Shown one piece after another: positions 24,130 through 35,880 of a stretch of 50,027 nt of DNA (positions are counted from its first letter, which is position 1; every line of letters begins with the position of its first letter). Under the pieces are notes generated by a model. The model worked only from the letters and a program-made list of their open reading frames with translations, ran no database searches and was not told the origin of the DNA. A program made the position numbers and the translations under genes. The stretch spans positions 7,903 to 57,929 of the forward strand of contig NW_025215112.1 of the NCBI RefSeq assembly GCF_004010195.1. The letters are read 5' to 3'. The stretch is from Chiloscyllium plagiosum. Lineage: Eukaryota.

Positions 24130-27100
24130 GTTTGCACTGTAATCCAACAACACTCCAGGCCACTTTTACCACCCAAACCCCAAGCACTGCCTCCTCCTAC
24201 AAAAACCCCCTTTTGCTCGCTGATCGTCCAGCATTGCTGTGGGCACTGCATCCCAACCATGCAGGCCAAGTGATGTTCGCCCCACCACACGCTGTCATAT
24301 TCAAACAGGGAACCATCCTGCCATTTATAAAACAATACTCCCTGTCACCAGCAGCAATAGAAGGGATCAAGCTGGTTATTGACTGCCTCCAACAAAAGGG
24401 TTTCCTAATTCCTGCTACATTCCATGCAATACACACATCCTGCCCGTTCCAAAACCCGAGCGACCAGGGAGGTTGCGTTTTGTCCAGTATCTGCGGACTG
24501 TCAATGCAATTGTGGCTACCTAGACTCAAGTGGTCCCGGACACGAACGCCATACTCACCCGCATCCCTGTTTCTGTCACGTCTTCTTCGGTGATCGACTT
24601 TTCTTAGCCTTGTTCTCTATTAAATTGCCCTCTGAGAGCCAGTATCTTTTTGCAATTATGTAATGCGGCTGCTAGTACGCATGGACGAGGCATCTCAGGG
24701 TTACACGAAGAGCCCCACTGTCGATGCTGCTGCAGAAGGTCATACCCTCTCCACCCAATACCTGGCTTTGCTACAGCACCGCCCTTGATGGGCGATTTGT
24801 TGATGCCCTACACCTCCGGAGAATGATACATTCAGGACAGTGTACATTACTCTGCTGTCTCGCATAAGGTGGATACAGGGTTTCCATGGAGAAAATTCAA
24901 CCATGCCAATTCAAAGTACAGTACTTGGAATACAAACTCTCACATTCTTCGGGAGCTGTCCAAAGAACGAATAGCAGTCTTTACTCAGCTTCCCCCGCTA
25001 GCCACAAGAATCCAGTTACAAACCTTCCTGGAAATGGTGAGTTGGCAGGCTCTCGATCCAGACCACCGTGCCATTGATGAGCCCAAAAAGACGCCAAAGA
25101 TGTAAAAGGCATTCACCAATTTAAAACAGCTACTAGTATTTGCTCCTGCTCTGGGGGTCCCATACTACACTCAGCCCTTCTACATCTATGCCAATGAATC
25201 CGAATTGTTTGCATCCGGAATTTTAATGCAGCTTCATTTGAATCTCCGACGCCCTTTTGCTTTTTACACTGTACATTTACAGCCCGTTGTAAAGGGAATG
25301 CCAGCATGTTTGAGAGCTGTGGCATCAACCACAATAACAGTACAAAAGGCTACGCACATCATCCTGGATCACCAATGCACTATTTTGGTTCCCCATTCGG
25401 TCTTCCTCCTGCTAAATGTAGAACTAATACAACGTACCACTGCCGTCCGGAGAACTGGCGATGAGGTTGTCTTACTGTCCAAAGCTAACTTGTCCTACAG
25501 CGTGCCCCTGCCCTGAACCCCGCCAACCTGCTCTCACTCCCTCATAACGCCTTTGCGGACGACTATCTAAACCTCTTTTAGCAAGTCAGCACCCGCGCCC
25601 AGATCTCTCTGGAACAGCTTTAGAAATCCAGAGCTCATATTCTTTCCGAATGGACCCTCCATTAGGCCTTCAGACCACTGTACACTGGCAGTGTATGTCG
25701 TGTTCAACTCTTTCTGAATCCTGGAATCAGCTGCCCTACCAGATGGCATATCCCCACCAGCTGCAGAGTTGTTTGCACTCACTCGGGCCTGCATCACTAC
25801 AAAGGTTCAAACAGCCAACATTCACACTGACTACAAGTATTTCTTCAGAATTGTCCACGATTTCGGCACAGTCTCGAAACAGACATTTCAATACTTCTGC
25901 CATTGAGACCACTGCAACACAACGCACTAGCCTCCAACCTACTGCAAGCAGTTCTATTACCCTCTGCCCTAGCGGTTATACAAAGCACTGCCCATATCTC
26001 TGCCACTGCCACTGAGAATGCTTCGTCTGACTCAGGTGCCCAGGAAGCCGCACTGCACCTCACCATTTATGTCCTGCAGGTCCCCCAGAATAGCGACGGC
26101 CCCAGAATTCCCAGACACCATGGAGGCTGCACGAGCTGCTTAACAGGCTGCTACACTGCAGGAAAAGGACAGTTGGATCCGCATTCCGGCCACGCAGTCA
26201 CCTTCCCTACAACTTCATGTACACCCCAATTGCCCCCATATTTACCCAAGAGCCAACATACACACAGGCCCTTATTGCCCACAGTGTCGGCCACACGTGC
26301 AAGAGGTGCATGACACACGCTTTTATGCAACCGTAATAAGCACAGTGATTCGCTGCCGCTGCCCAAACCCTGCTGCCACAGGGCCTCGTTTGCCTGAAAA
26401 ACAATGCAGGAAGTCCCGTCGCCAGGTATGACGACTTTCCAGTTCCAGAGGGGTCTTTCAGCCACTTGCAAATTGACTTTGCTCATATATCCGTGAAAAG
26501 CAGGGTTACATACACATCCTTGTCATCATCCACATGTTCTGTAAATAGGAGGAGATGTTCCCAGCAAGAAAGGATGACGCATAGACAGTGGAAAAATGCC
26601 TCCTAAGGAATGCCAAGCACAGATTCTTGGTCCCCAGTAAACTAGATATGGAGAGGGAGACTCAGTTCACTGCTCCTCTAACGACTGGAAATAACGAAGT
26701 ATGAGGGATACTGTGACGACTCCATGTCTGCTACCATCTGCAGTCATCAGGCATGGTCGGACGGATGAATTGCACACTTAAAACAACACGGATCAAGAAC
26801 ACGCATGACACATGACTTACCTGACCAGAAGCCTTACCCCCATCCCTTTACTCTATATGTGACCAGGCACAACTGGGCACACCCCATTTGAGGTGTGCTT
26901 GGGCGACCTATGCCAACCGCTACCAGTCCCGCAAAGCTCGCTACGGACACGGCCCTTCTCTTGATACAAGACGCTCTGCTGAGTTACATAGGAATTATCC
27001 TTTAGCAAGAGCATTAATGTAAAAACGACGATGTCAGAGCCGCGTTGCCCATACCCCAGCAAATCCCAATTCATCCGTTTGGAACCGGGGGCAATGTCAA

Positions 27101-27240
27101 GATCAAGTCACTGGAAAATAAATCTCTCTCCCCTCACTGGAAAGGCCAGTATCTAATCCTGCTGACGACCCGGACAAGTGTAAAGTAGAAGGACGGCCGA
27201 ATGGACACACGCCACCCGCTGCAAGCGAGCTCCACATCCA
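24130..27240 (+). pseudogene. pol: ERV-A pol remnant (RT, RNase H, integrase)
   Basis: IKQYSLSPAAIEGIK, EKIQPCQFKVQYL, GMPACLRAVA, AAELFALTRAC, ANIHTDYKYFFRIVHDFG, HLQIDF and WKGQYLILLTT. Confidence 0.9.
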
Positions 27241-27269
27241 GTGAACAGGGACTAGACAGTAGAAGTCAC

Positions 27270-28000
27270 CTCTGGGAACACTGAAGACAGCTCCAGCTGC
27301 TTGCCACAGCCATCACCATCATCGCCTTCAGCCTGACCCGTCTGACCATGCCACTGTGGCCTGCCAGTAAACAGGAACAAGGGGCGAGACATTTAAAAAA
27401 AAACACCATTTCTTGCGGGCCAACACTTTCCCGAGGATGGCTCATGGATATGCTCCACGATTTAATCAGACTCACTGCTGGGACTGCACTCAGGTCCCCG
27501 TGCACATTCAGGGGAGCAATCCCTTAGTTTCTATCGCCTTCATTGTCACTGACATGGGGATTGTTGGTTTGAACCAGACAGGTAACTTGAATTCCCTCAC
27601 TCAAAATACCTCCATCAATACCAACTATAGGGACAACAGCCCAGCCGGTTAGAGATCTTCAGGGTATCACATGCCCAAATTGAAACCTTTCACATGAATC
27701 TCCAACCCGGACCATTAATGACAACACTAAACAAGGGCTACCAACAGGATCCATCTTTTTAAACAGCACACAGCCGTCTGGAAAGGGTTCTGGCTGGAGC
27801 CAGTGCACTGATTCTCTGCTCCTAAGTACTGCAGCACGCCGGTCCACAGCAGAAGGTAGCATCGCCGGAATTGTTGGACTGACCAAGGCCATCCGACTGT
27901 GCTGTCCACGCCTTTGTGATGTACTCCTGCCCTCTGCCGCCCTCACCACTCAGCTAGTACAGGTCAACTGGAGGAGCATTCTTATTCCTGAAACGACATC
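27270..28000 (+). pseudogene. env: ERV-A truncated env (SU part)
   Basis: FNQTHCWDCTQVP has a gamma-type CxxC motif preceded by an N-glycan site, with several N-x-T/S sequons, and lies after the integrase. Confidence 0.6.
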
Positions 28001-28032
28001 TGCTAATTGGGACTCAGACACCGAGGACTATC

Positions 28033-28780
28033 TGTCGGTTGCTGAGCCACTCCCGACACTAAATTCACACCTGCCTAACCACAGCATGGCCACAAACAAC
28101 ACAGGAAATCAAGCCTGTGCAAACCACACATAAAACACCCAGAATGCCTCAGCAGTGACCAAACAGGCTGTCAAGAGAAATATATATGACTGTAGTCACG
28201 CACAGACCAGGGAATACACTTCCCAAGACATACTAACAATAAGCATCCAGACACCGATCAGCATAGCTGTTTCAAAGCCCTACGGGCAGTCTCGTACCCC
28301 ACTGATTGCAATGCCACGCAAAGGAACGGACAGACAGAGAGGCACCAGAATACCTCGCTCACAGGTGAGAAACAGTGGAAACACCTTACTGCTTTAAAAG
28401 GGACATTCTCACCTCCCTTTGAAGACTGCTGGAATCTCCTGATTCTATTAAGAACTGGATGATGCTGCCAGGATGCCACATTGCATCTACAATCAGAACA
28501 TCCTTCTGATAACTGCTTTGCGATTATCACCGTCGTAACAGGATTACTTAATTAACAAGTGCATTGAATGCGCCCTACATTTAATTAACGTCATTGTACG
28601 GGATTATCATAAAACTTGGCTTGATTCTCAGCTCGGGTAAGTGAACCCTTGAACGACTGATACAGACTGTCACTTCTGTAACAGACTAGTCAATTTCTCT
28701 TCCAGCGATATCGCTTGCAATCAACAGCTTTTGCATTTCAATGGATCTGGCCTGTGAGATCTCTCCTTTAATAGGTTCAA
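28033..28780 (+). repeat. ERV-A 3' LTR
   Basis: Direct, diverged repeat of the 5' LTR. Ends approximate. Confidence 0.8.
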
Positions 28781-29066
28781 AGTTCTGAATGGCATATTCC
28801 TACTCCTCGTCATTACATTTCAATGCTAAATGCTTAAATCATGAAACAAATTGCAATTGCCTGCTTTGCTTTGCTTTCCGTTGGCCATGGAACTTCAGGG
28901 GCGAATTGGTTTGCAGTAGATTTTTGGTATTCTACGATGAATCATTAGCATTTACGGAGCAGTTTCTTTTTTTCAGTCAGACCTTAATTCCAATTTCCTC
29001 TCCACCCTCAATATTTTACTCCCTTTTGAATCCACTATCGAATATAGGCGAATTTCTCCGACAGTA

Positions 29067-31850
29067 GCTCACACAGGGAAGAGTAGACTGACCCCACTCT
29101 GTCAATGTCACTCACCCAGGAAAGAGCAGACCGACGCCGTTCTGTCCTTGTAACTCACCCAGGGAAGGTGAGACTGAACCCAGTCTGTCAATGTTACTCA
29201 CCCAGGAAAGGGAAGACTGACGCCACTAATATCAATGTCACTCATCCAGGGAAGAGCAGAGTATCCCCACTCTGCAAATGGAATTCGACCAGGGAAGAGC
29301 GGACTGACACCACTCTGTCTATATAACTCACGCAGGGAGTTGCAGTCTGACACACTCTGTCAATGTCACTCACCCAGGAAAGAACAAACTGACACCACTC
29401 TGTCAATGTATCTCACATAGGAATGAACAGACTGACACTACGCAGTCAATGTAACTCAACCAGAGGAGCGCCGGCTGACCCGATTTTGTCAATGCAGCTC
29501 TCACAAGGATAAGCAGACTGACCTCACTGTGTCAAATCACTCCTCCAGAGAAGAGCAGATATGACTCAACTCTGTCAATGTTATTTGCCGAGGGAAGAGC
29601 AAACTGAACTCACAATGTCAATGTGACTCACCCAGGGAAGAGCGGAGAAAACTAATCTATAAATGTAACTTACCCAGGGAAGAATAGAATGACGCCACTC
29701 TCCCAATGTGACTGACAAAGGGAAGAGCAGACAGACCTCAGTTGACAAATGTAACTCACTCTTGGAAGAGCAGACTAACCGCACTTTGTATATGCCCTCA
29801 ACAAGGGCAAAGCAGTCTGACCCCACATTGTCAATGTAACTCGCCCAGGTCAGAGCGTAATGATTCCACTCCGTCGATGAAAGCCGCCCAGGGAAGCGCA
29901 GACTGACCACAATCTCAAAATGTAACTCACCCGGGGAAGAGCAGGTTGACTTCACTTTGTCAATGTTAGTCTCCCAGGAAAGAGCAGACTGACTTGAATC
30001 GGTCAGGGTAACTCACCAGGGAAGAGTGGACTGACCCAACTCTCTCAATTACTCATCCAGGAAAGAGCAGACTGACACCACCCTGTCAAAGTATCTCGCC
30101 TGGGAATGAGGAGACTGACCCCGCTCACTCAATGCAACTCACCCAGAGAAGAACAGACTGACCTCACTCTGACAATGTAACTCATCCAGGGAAGTGCAGG
30201 TTGACCTCACTCTGACAATGATACTCGACCATGAAAGAGCAGAATGATGCGAACCTGTCAATGTAACTCACATTGGGAAGAGCAATATGACCCCACTGCG
30301 TCACTGTAAATATCCAAGGAAACAGCTTAATGACCCTATCCTGTCAATGTAAGCCAGCCAGGAAATTGCAGTCTGACACCACTCAGTCAGTGTATCTCAC
30401 CCAGTGAAGACCACAGTGACCCCACACTTTTCAGTATATCACACTCAGTAAAGACCAGGTTGACCCCGCGCCACCAATACGATTACACGCTGAAGAGCAG
30501 ACTGACCCCATTTTTACAATGTTACACACCCAGCGAAGATCAAGCTGACGCCACTCTGTCTATTTTGCACTCAGTGAAGGGCAGACTGAACCTGTCAATG
30601 TTACTCACGCAGGAAAGAGCAGACACACTGCACTCTCTCGACATATTTCCACCAGGGAAGAGAAGAATGACGCCACTTGTCAATGTAACTCGACCCAGGA
30701 AGTGAAGACTGACCCCCACAACTTCAGTGCAAATCACCTAGGGAAGACGAGACTGACGCCAACCTGATAAAGTTACTCACGCAGGAAAAGCAGATATACT
30801 TCATACTGTCTATATAACTCAACCAGAGAAGAGCAGACTGATCCCACTCTATATTCGTCACTCACGCAGGCAAGTACTGACTGACGCCACTCTCTCATTG
30901 TAACTGACTCAGTGAAGAGCAGAGTGACCCCATTCTGTCAATGTAACTCACTCAGGAAGAGCAGACGGAAACCACTCTGTCAATGTAATTCATGCAGGGA
31001 GTTGCAGTTTGTCTCAACTCTGTCAATGTAACTCACCCAGCGAAAAGCAGACTGACCCCACTCTGTCAATGTAAGTAACTCACGAAAAGCACATTGACGC
31101 CAAGGAGGCGCAGACTGACGGTACTCTTCCGATGTGCCTCAAACAGAGATGATGATGTAGCACAATCAGTGAAGAACAGACTGACCCAAAACTGTCAATG
31201 TGACTCTCCCACCTCTGCCAAAGTAACTCACCCAGAAAAAGCAGACTGACGCCAATTTGTCAAATAAACTCACCCAGGGAAGCGCAAACTGATCCGATTC
31301 TGTCAATGTAACACACCCAGGGAAGTTGAGCCTGACCACACACTGTCAATGCTACTCGTCCAGGAAAGACCAGACTTACCCCTCTCTGTCAATGTAACTC
31401 GCGCAGAGCAGGGTAAACTGACTCATCTCATACAATGTAACTCGCCCATCGAAGAGCAGACTGAAAACACTCTGTTAAATGAAATTGCTCAAGGAAGAGC
31501 TGACTAAATCCACTCTCTGTCAACGTAACTCGCCAGGGAAGAGCACACTGCAGCATTCTATCAATGATAGTCGCCCAGGGAAGAGCAGAATGACCCCACT
31601 CAGTCAACGTAGTTCACCCAGGGACGAGCAGACTGTCCCATTCTGTCAATGTAACTCATCCAGACTAACCCCATTCTGTCCATGAAACTCATGGAAAAAG
31701 GAGACTTACATCAGTCTGTCAAGTTAATCACTCAGGGTAGACCAAACTGACCCCACTTTGTCAATGTAACTCGCTCAAGAAAAAAGCAGATTGACTCCAC
31801 TCTATCTTTGTAATCCTTCCAGGGAGCATCAAACTAACTCCTCTTTGTCC
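29067..31850. repeat. Satellite/minisatellite, 43-bp unit, ~64 diverged copies
   Basis: Consensus tgtcaatgtaactcacccagggaagagcagactgaccccactc. For example gggaagagc occurs at 29249 and 29292 (period 43). Confidence 0.95.
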
Positions 31851-32380
31851 ATTTTGTGGATCTGAGGCAGGGAAATCTTTTTTCCTCATGGCACTTTTAC
31901 TTCTTTTCCGCATGACTTTAATGATCTGGCTATTCCTTCTCGATTCTTTCAGGCGTCGTAGGAAATATACAAATTTATTTCCTGTATGCGGACCCCTCAT
32001 GACTTGAAAAGTTTCTAACTGTCCAGCTGACAGCCTGCTGTTCTCCAAGGAGAAATGCATGAACTTTCCAATCTACCTTTGTTGCTGATATTCCGCGTGC
32101 ACGGCACCATTCCTGTCAGTCTGTTCACCGCCGTCTCCAAACACTTCACTTCCCTAGTTCTTGAAGTTTACACTCAGAAATGAGCAATAGTGCAGCTGCA
32201 GGGTTTATTCAGAGTCGGATTGCGCGGGCAAGCAATCTCAACAAGTGTTTGCCTTCACAGTATTCGTGGCAATCGCAATTCTAGCCAATTCCTTTTTCAG
32301 AGAGTTCCATCTTTTTGATCTAAAACGCGTTTTGAGCAAATTAATGCAGCATTTTCTCAACATTGAAGTCAAGGTACGAG

Positions 32381-32468
32381 GGGCTGTTTCGGATTTGAAC
32401 TCGCAACTTCGCGATTCTCTAGTTTAGGGGAAGAGCAAGTGAGAACCGTACCACAAGGCCAACCGTCT
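32381..32468 (-). pseudogene. tRNA-Pro-derived relic with an insertion in the anticodon region
   Basis: gggctgtttcggatttgaactcg and aagtgagaaccgtaccacaaggccaac match the two halves of the reverse complement of tRNA-Pro. Confidence 0.6.
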
Positions 32469-32709
32469 TAGACTCCTGCCTGCTGTGTTTGGGAAATGCA
32501 AAGATGGCCATGAACAACTTGACGGACGATTGCAGCTTCCCCTCCTCTGACTGCACTGTGAGATTGACACTGATATTCTTGAGGACATTTACTGATGTGA
32601 TGTCGTGAAATGATTCTCGTTCCTGCTTAATCGGAATTCAAACGTCATCTCGGTATCAGGGCGATGAGAAAGATTAATTTGTATGTAACAAGAAATTGTG
32701 AATTACATT

Positions 32710-32777
32710 CGAGCCATGGAAGAGCCTACGATTTCCTGATATCATTTCAGACGCGTTACCCATTGCACTCCTGGCCA
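32710..32777 (-). pseudogene. tRNA-Arg(ACG)-derived relic
   Basis: cgagcca...tcagacgcgttacccattgcactcctggcc. The flank at 32533-32660 is homologous to the flanks of the other Arg relics. Confidence 0.7.
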
Positions 32778-33311
32778 TGTGCTGCTCCACATAAAGCTGA
32801 GAAATGCGAATTTAGTTTCTTCGAAATCAAGAACATTAGGTTGCTCGTGATCGAAATGCAGGAGTACAGTCAGTCACTTGTTTTGTGATTGTATGAGTAT
32901 TTGTCATTATATTAGTGAAACATGTATGAGTACATCTGAATAGGAATCTGTTCTCCGCCACAATTCAAGAATTTTCTCGTTGTGTCTGAAGGAGGATCGA
33001 GGATATATCCCGTATCCACAATGTGACATCTCGACTGGAATCTATCGCTCCAGTTCAGAGCAGAATGTATTGAAGAAAAATCTACAGGAAGAGAAGAGAG
33101 ATACTGAAACAATGAAGTGGAAGCGAGCACGATGAGGGAGCCAAGAGAACAGACAAATGGAGGAGAGAACAAGAAGACGATTGCAGCCTGGCAAATAGAG
33201 TGGGGAGAAGCAAAATGAAAATCGAACGACAATTCGACTTACTTTGTAATAATTTCTCATTGGGGCACAGTCACTTCCTTTAATCCTGTGCAGCCTGGAG
33301 TTCATGACTGT

Positions 33312-33382
33312 AAGATCGTATCGCATTGGTAGCACGTCTGATTCCAGCTCAAAAGTGATCATTGTATATTGCGTCAGGGTCA
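33312..33382 (+). pseudogene. tRNA-Trp(CCA)-derived relic
   Basis: tcgtatcgcattggtagcacgtctgattccagctcaaaag...cgtcagggtca versus GACCTCGTGGCGCAACGGTAGCGCGTCTGACTCCAGATCAGAAG...CGTCGGGGTCA. Confidence 0.75.
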
Positions 33383-33501
33383 TACTGTGTAAGGGCAGCT
33401 CAACTCCCGCGTTTTTATTAATGGTGGAGTTTGTGTTTTGGGGCTGCTACTCCATCATGCTTTTGGTTGCATGCAGCACGTTTCTTTCACTTTCTTATGG
33501 G

Positions 33502-33798
33502 AACAGTGTGGAAACAGGCCCTTCGGCCCAACAAGTCCACACCGACCCGCCGAAGCATAACCCACCCATACCCCTACATTTACCCCTTACCTAACACTAC
33601 GGGCAATTTAGCATGGCCAATTCACCTGACCTGCACATCTTTGGACTGTGGGAGGAAACCGGAGCACCCGGAGGAAACCCACGCAGACACGGGGAGAACG
33701 TGCAAACTCCACACAGTCAGTCGCCTGAGGCGGGAATTGAACCCAGGCCTCTGGCGCTGCGAGGCAGCAGTGCTAACCACTGTGCCACCGTGCCGCCC
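33502..33798 (-). mobile_element. HE1-type SINE, young full-length copy
   Basis: Reverse complement starts gggcggcacggtggcacagtggttagcactgctgcctc, has B-box gggttcaattccc and is highly similar to 40953-41250. Confidence 0.95.
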
Positions 33799-35562
33799 AC
33801 TTAATCCAAAAACAAACACATATACTAATACTAACAGTCATATACAAACACATATAACAAACAAATTCATATACTAAATCAGTAAAATCCAATGGTAGAC
33901 ACCGAGTACGTTTCCAATTTTGGGTGATGCTGTCCGCTTTCGTGTTGTTATCTGAGTTACAAACAAACTCTTCAAGGGAAAAAAAAGTCACATGGCTTAT
34001 TGCCAGGACAAGAGAATAATGAGTCTAAAGTCAGAAAACTAGCACAATACATGAATTCCAGAACTATCTAATCGAAAGAGGTGAATAAAAGTCTTTGAAA
34101 ACAATTGTATTCGGGTCTCCGCTCTGTTTCTGCGCAGAATAGCAGAAGGAGGCTGTACAGCCCATCGTGTCTGCTCAGCCGTTCGTTGAGGTTATCACTT
34201 ATCTGACAAATCTCAAATCCACTTTCCAAAATTTGATCCACTCCTCGAACTTGTTCACGTTAGCACCTATTCGAATTAAATTTCGGAGTTGTGGATGCCT
34301 GCTAACACCTGTCCAAACTGACGGGAGATTGAATAATATATAAAAAAATCTACAAAGCAATTCCCAGAATTTAATCCATTGCAGTGTCAGCCATAAGAGG
34401 CACGTCACAGAGCTAAAATGTCACCTCCATTTCACTTTGCACAGATCGTCCTTCATGAGTTGAATGTTTGCAAGATTTTTCTTAAGTAATGAATCATTTC
34501 TATGTGACCGATCCTCTCTCCATCCACAAACATGTGTCCGATCGAAAACAATTTTAGTTAAGATTAAACTTGTTCAGCATCCTTTTCCACAGTCTGATGT
34601 CCCAATGCTCCGTGTTACACCTCCATAGAAACTGGTCCAGCTGAGGATGGAGCTATCAGCCTGATGTCCCAGTGTTCCCTGCTTTATGTCAATGGAAGCT
34701 GTTCCAAATAAGGTTGGATGACCATGCATCGAAATTTCACGCACCACTATACTCTCATAGAGGAACTGCGCTCTCACTCATTGCACCACAATATCCACAC
34801 GCTCTACTAGTGCTTCCCATCCCCATTTCCAGTTGGATGTTTGCAGCTGCGCCGCTCAGTTTCTCTGCATGCTTGGTGGCGAATTATCCAAAACATTAGG
34901 ACTTAATCATATTGTTAATCACAGCCCAATAAAATTTTGTATAACTGTTATTTTCCTTATATTTTATTGCATATAAATATTGTGGACATCCCAAAATCAG
35001 AACCTGATGGATAACACAATACTATCAAAATCATATTGTTTGATACATGCTGAAGAACTGCTGCTGAGCAAAGGTCATGTTGACATGAAAGATTACCGTT
35101 AGTTTATGTGTGGGAATGTGATTTGTGCTCCTGAAGTTGAAAATGTTCACTGTGCAAATTTTCCACAACAGATCTGAATTATAAATTGATTTCATAAAGT
35201 TATCATTCACTTGAAAATATTTAGCCTTCGTCTGTCAACCACACCGCCACTCTTACAGAGCTTATCCTATGTCAATTGCATTCCCCTGTGAATAAACGCT
35301 TATTAATGTATTCCTAATTTTAATCACTGCATTAATCAGCGTTTATTAATTGAATGTTTAGATTCAGTCTTTGCAGTTAACCCGCTCAGTGATCCAATTT
35401 GTCCAACATTTTGGAGCGATTTATCTCGAGTGAGAGTAAAGTGAGAGAGCGTGCTTCCTGGTTCTTGTGTTTGTTTGCTGTTCAAGGTCAGCCTCATCAG
35501 TGGCACACAGTAATGGAAAAGAAAAGAAAGACCAACGTGTAATTAAAATGAACCGAATGTAC

Positions 35563-35880
35563 CGAGGATGCTGGTAATCAGAAAGAAAAACAGAAATTGT
35601 TTCAATAACTCAGCAGTTTTGACAGTATGACAGTATCTGCAGACAGGAATCAGACTTAACGTTTCCAGTTCTGTGAGACTTCTTTCTATAGCGAGAAAAA
35701 TGTTAGTTTTTAATGCAGGAGGTATTTTGTGGGGAGGGTTTAAGAGTAAACGACAAGTGCAAATAAAGACCAAAGAGGTAAAAGTCATGGAGAGCAAAAG
35801 TAATGTACAACACTCATTCTGGAGAATGAATCTCTGTTCGTGGATAATTGGTGGGAAAGAATGGATGGTGTGAGATAGCA
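35563..35880 (-). mobile_element. Old PLE 3' tail fragment (related remnants at ~1440-1545, 14255-14340, 36568-36630)
   Basis: gatgctgg...aaaacagaaattg...aactcagcag...ttaacgtttc resembles the family-A tail. Confidence 0.5.

Larger units (their letters stand above)
21115..28780 (+). mobile_element. ERV-A: decayed class-I (epsilon-like) endogenous retrovirus, LTR-gag-pol-env-LTR
   Basis: Paired LTR-like direct repeats enclose gag, RT, RNase H, integrase and env remnants in retroviral order, with many stops and frameshifts. Confidence 0.9.

Noticed and set aside
29067..31850. CRISPR-like array or repetitive coding sequence
   Set aside because: Units are contiguous with no unique spacers and there are no cas genes. 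The 43-bp period breaks the frame and stops are frequent.
33431..33877. ORFs overlapping the SINE (also 40929-41315)
   Set aside because: Spurious translations of HE1-type SINE sequence.
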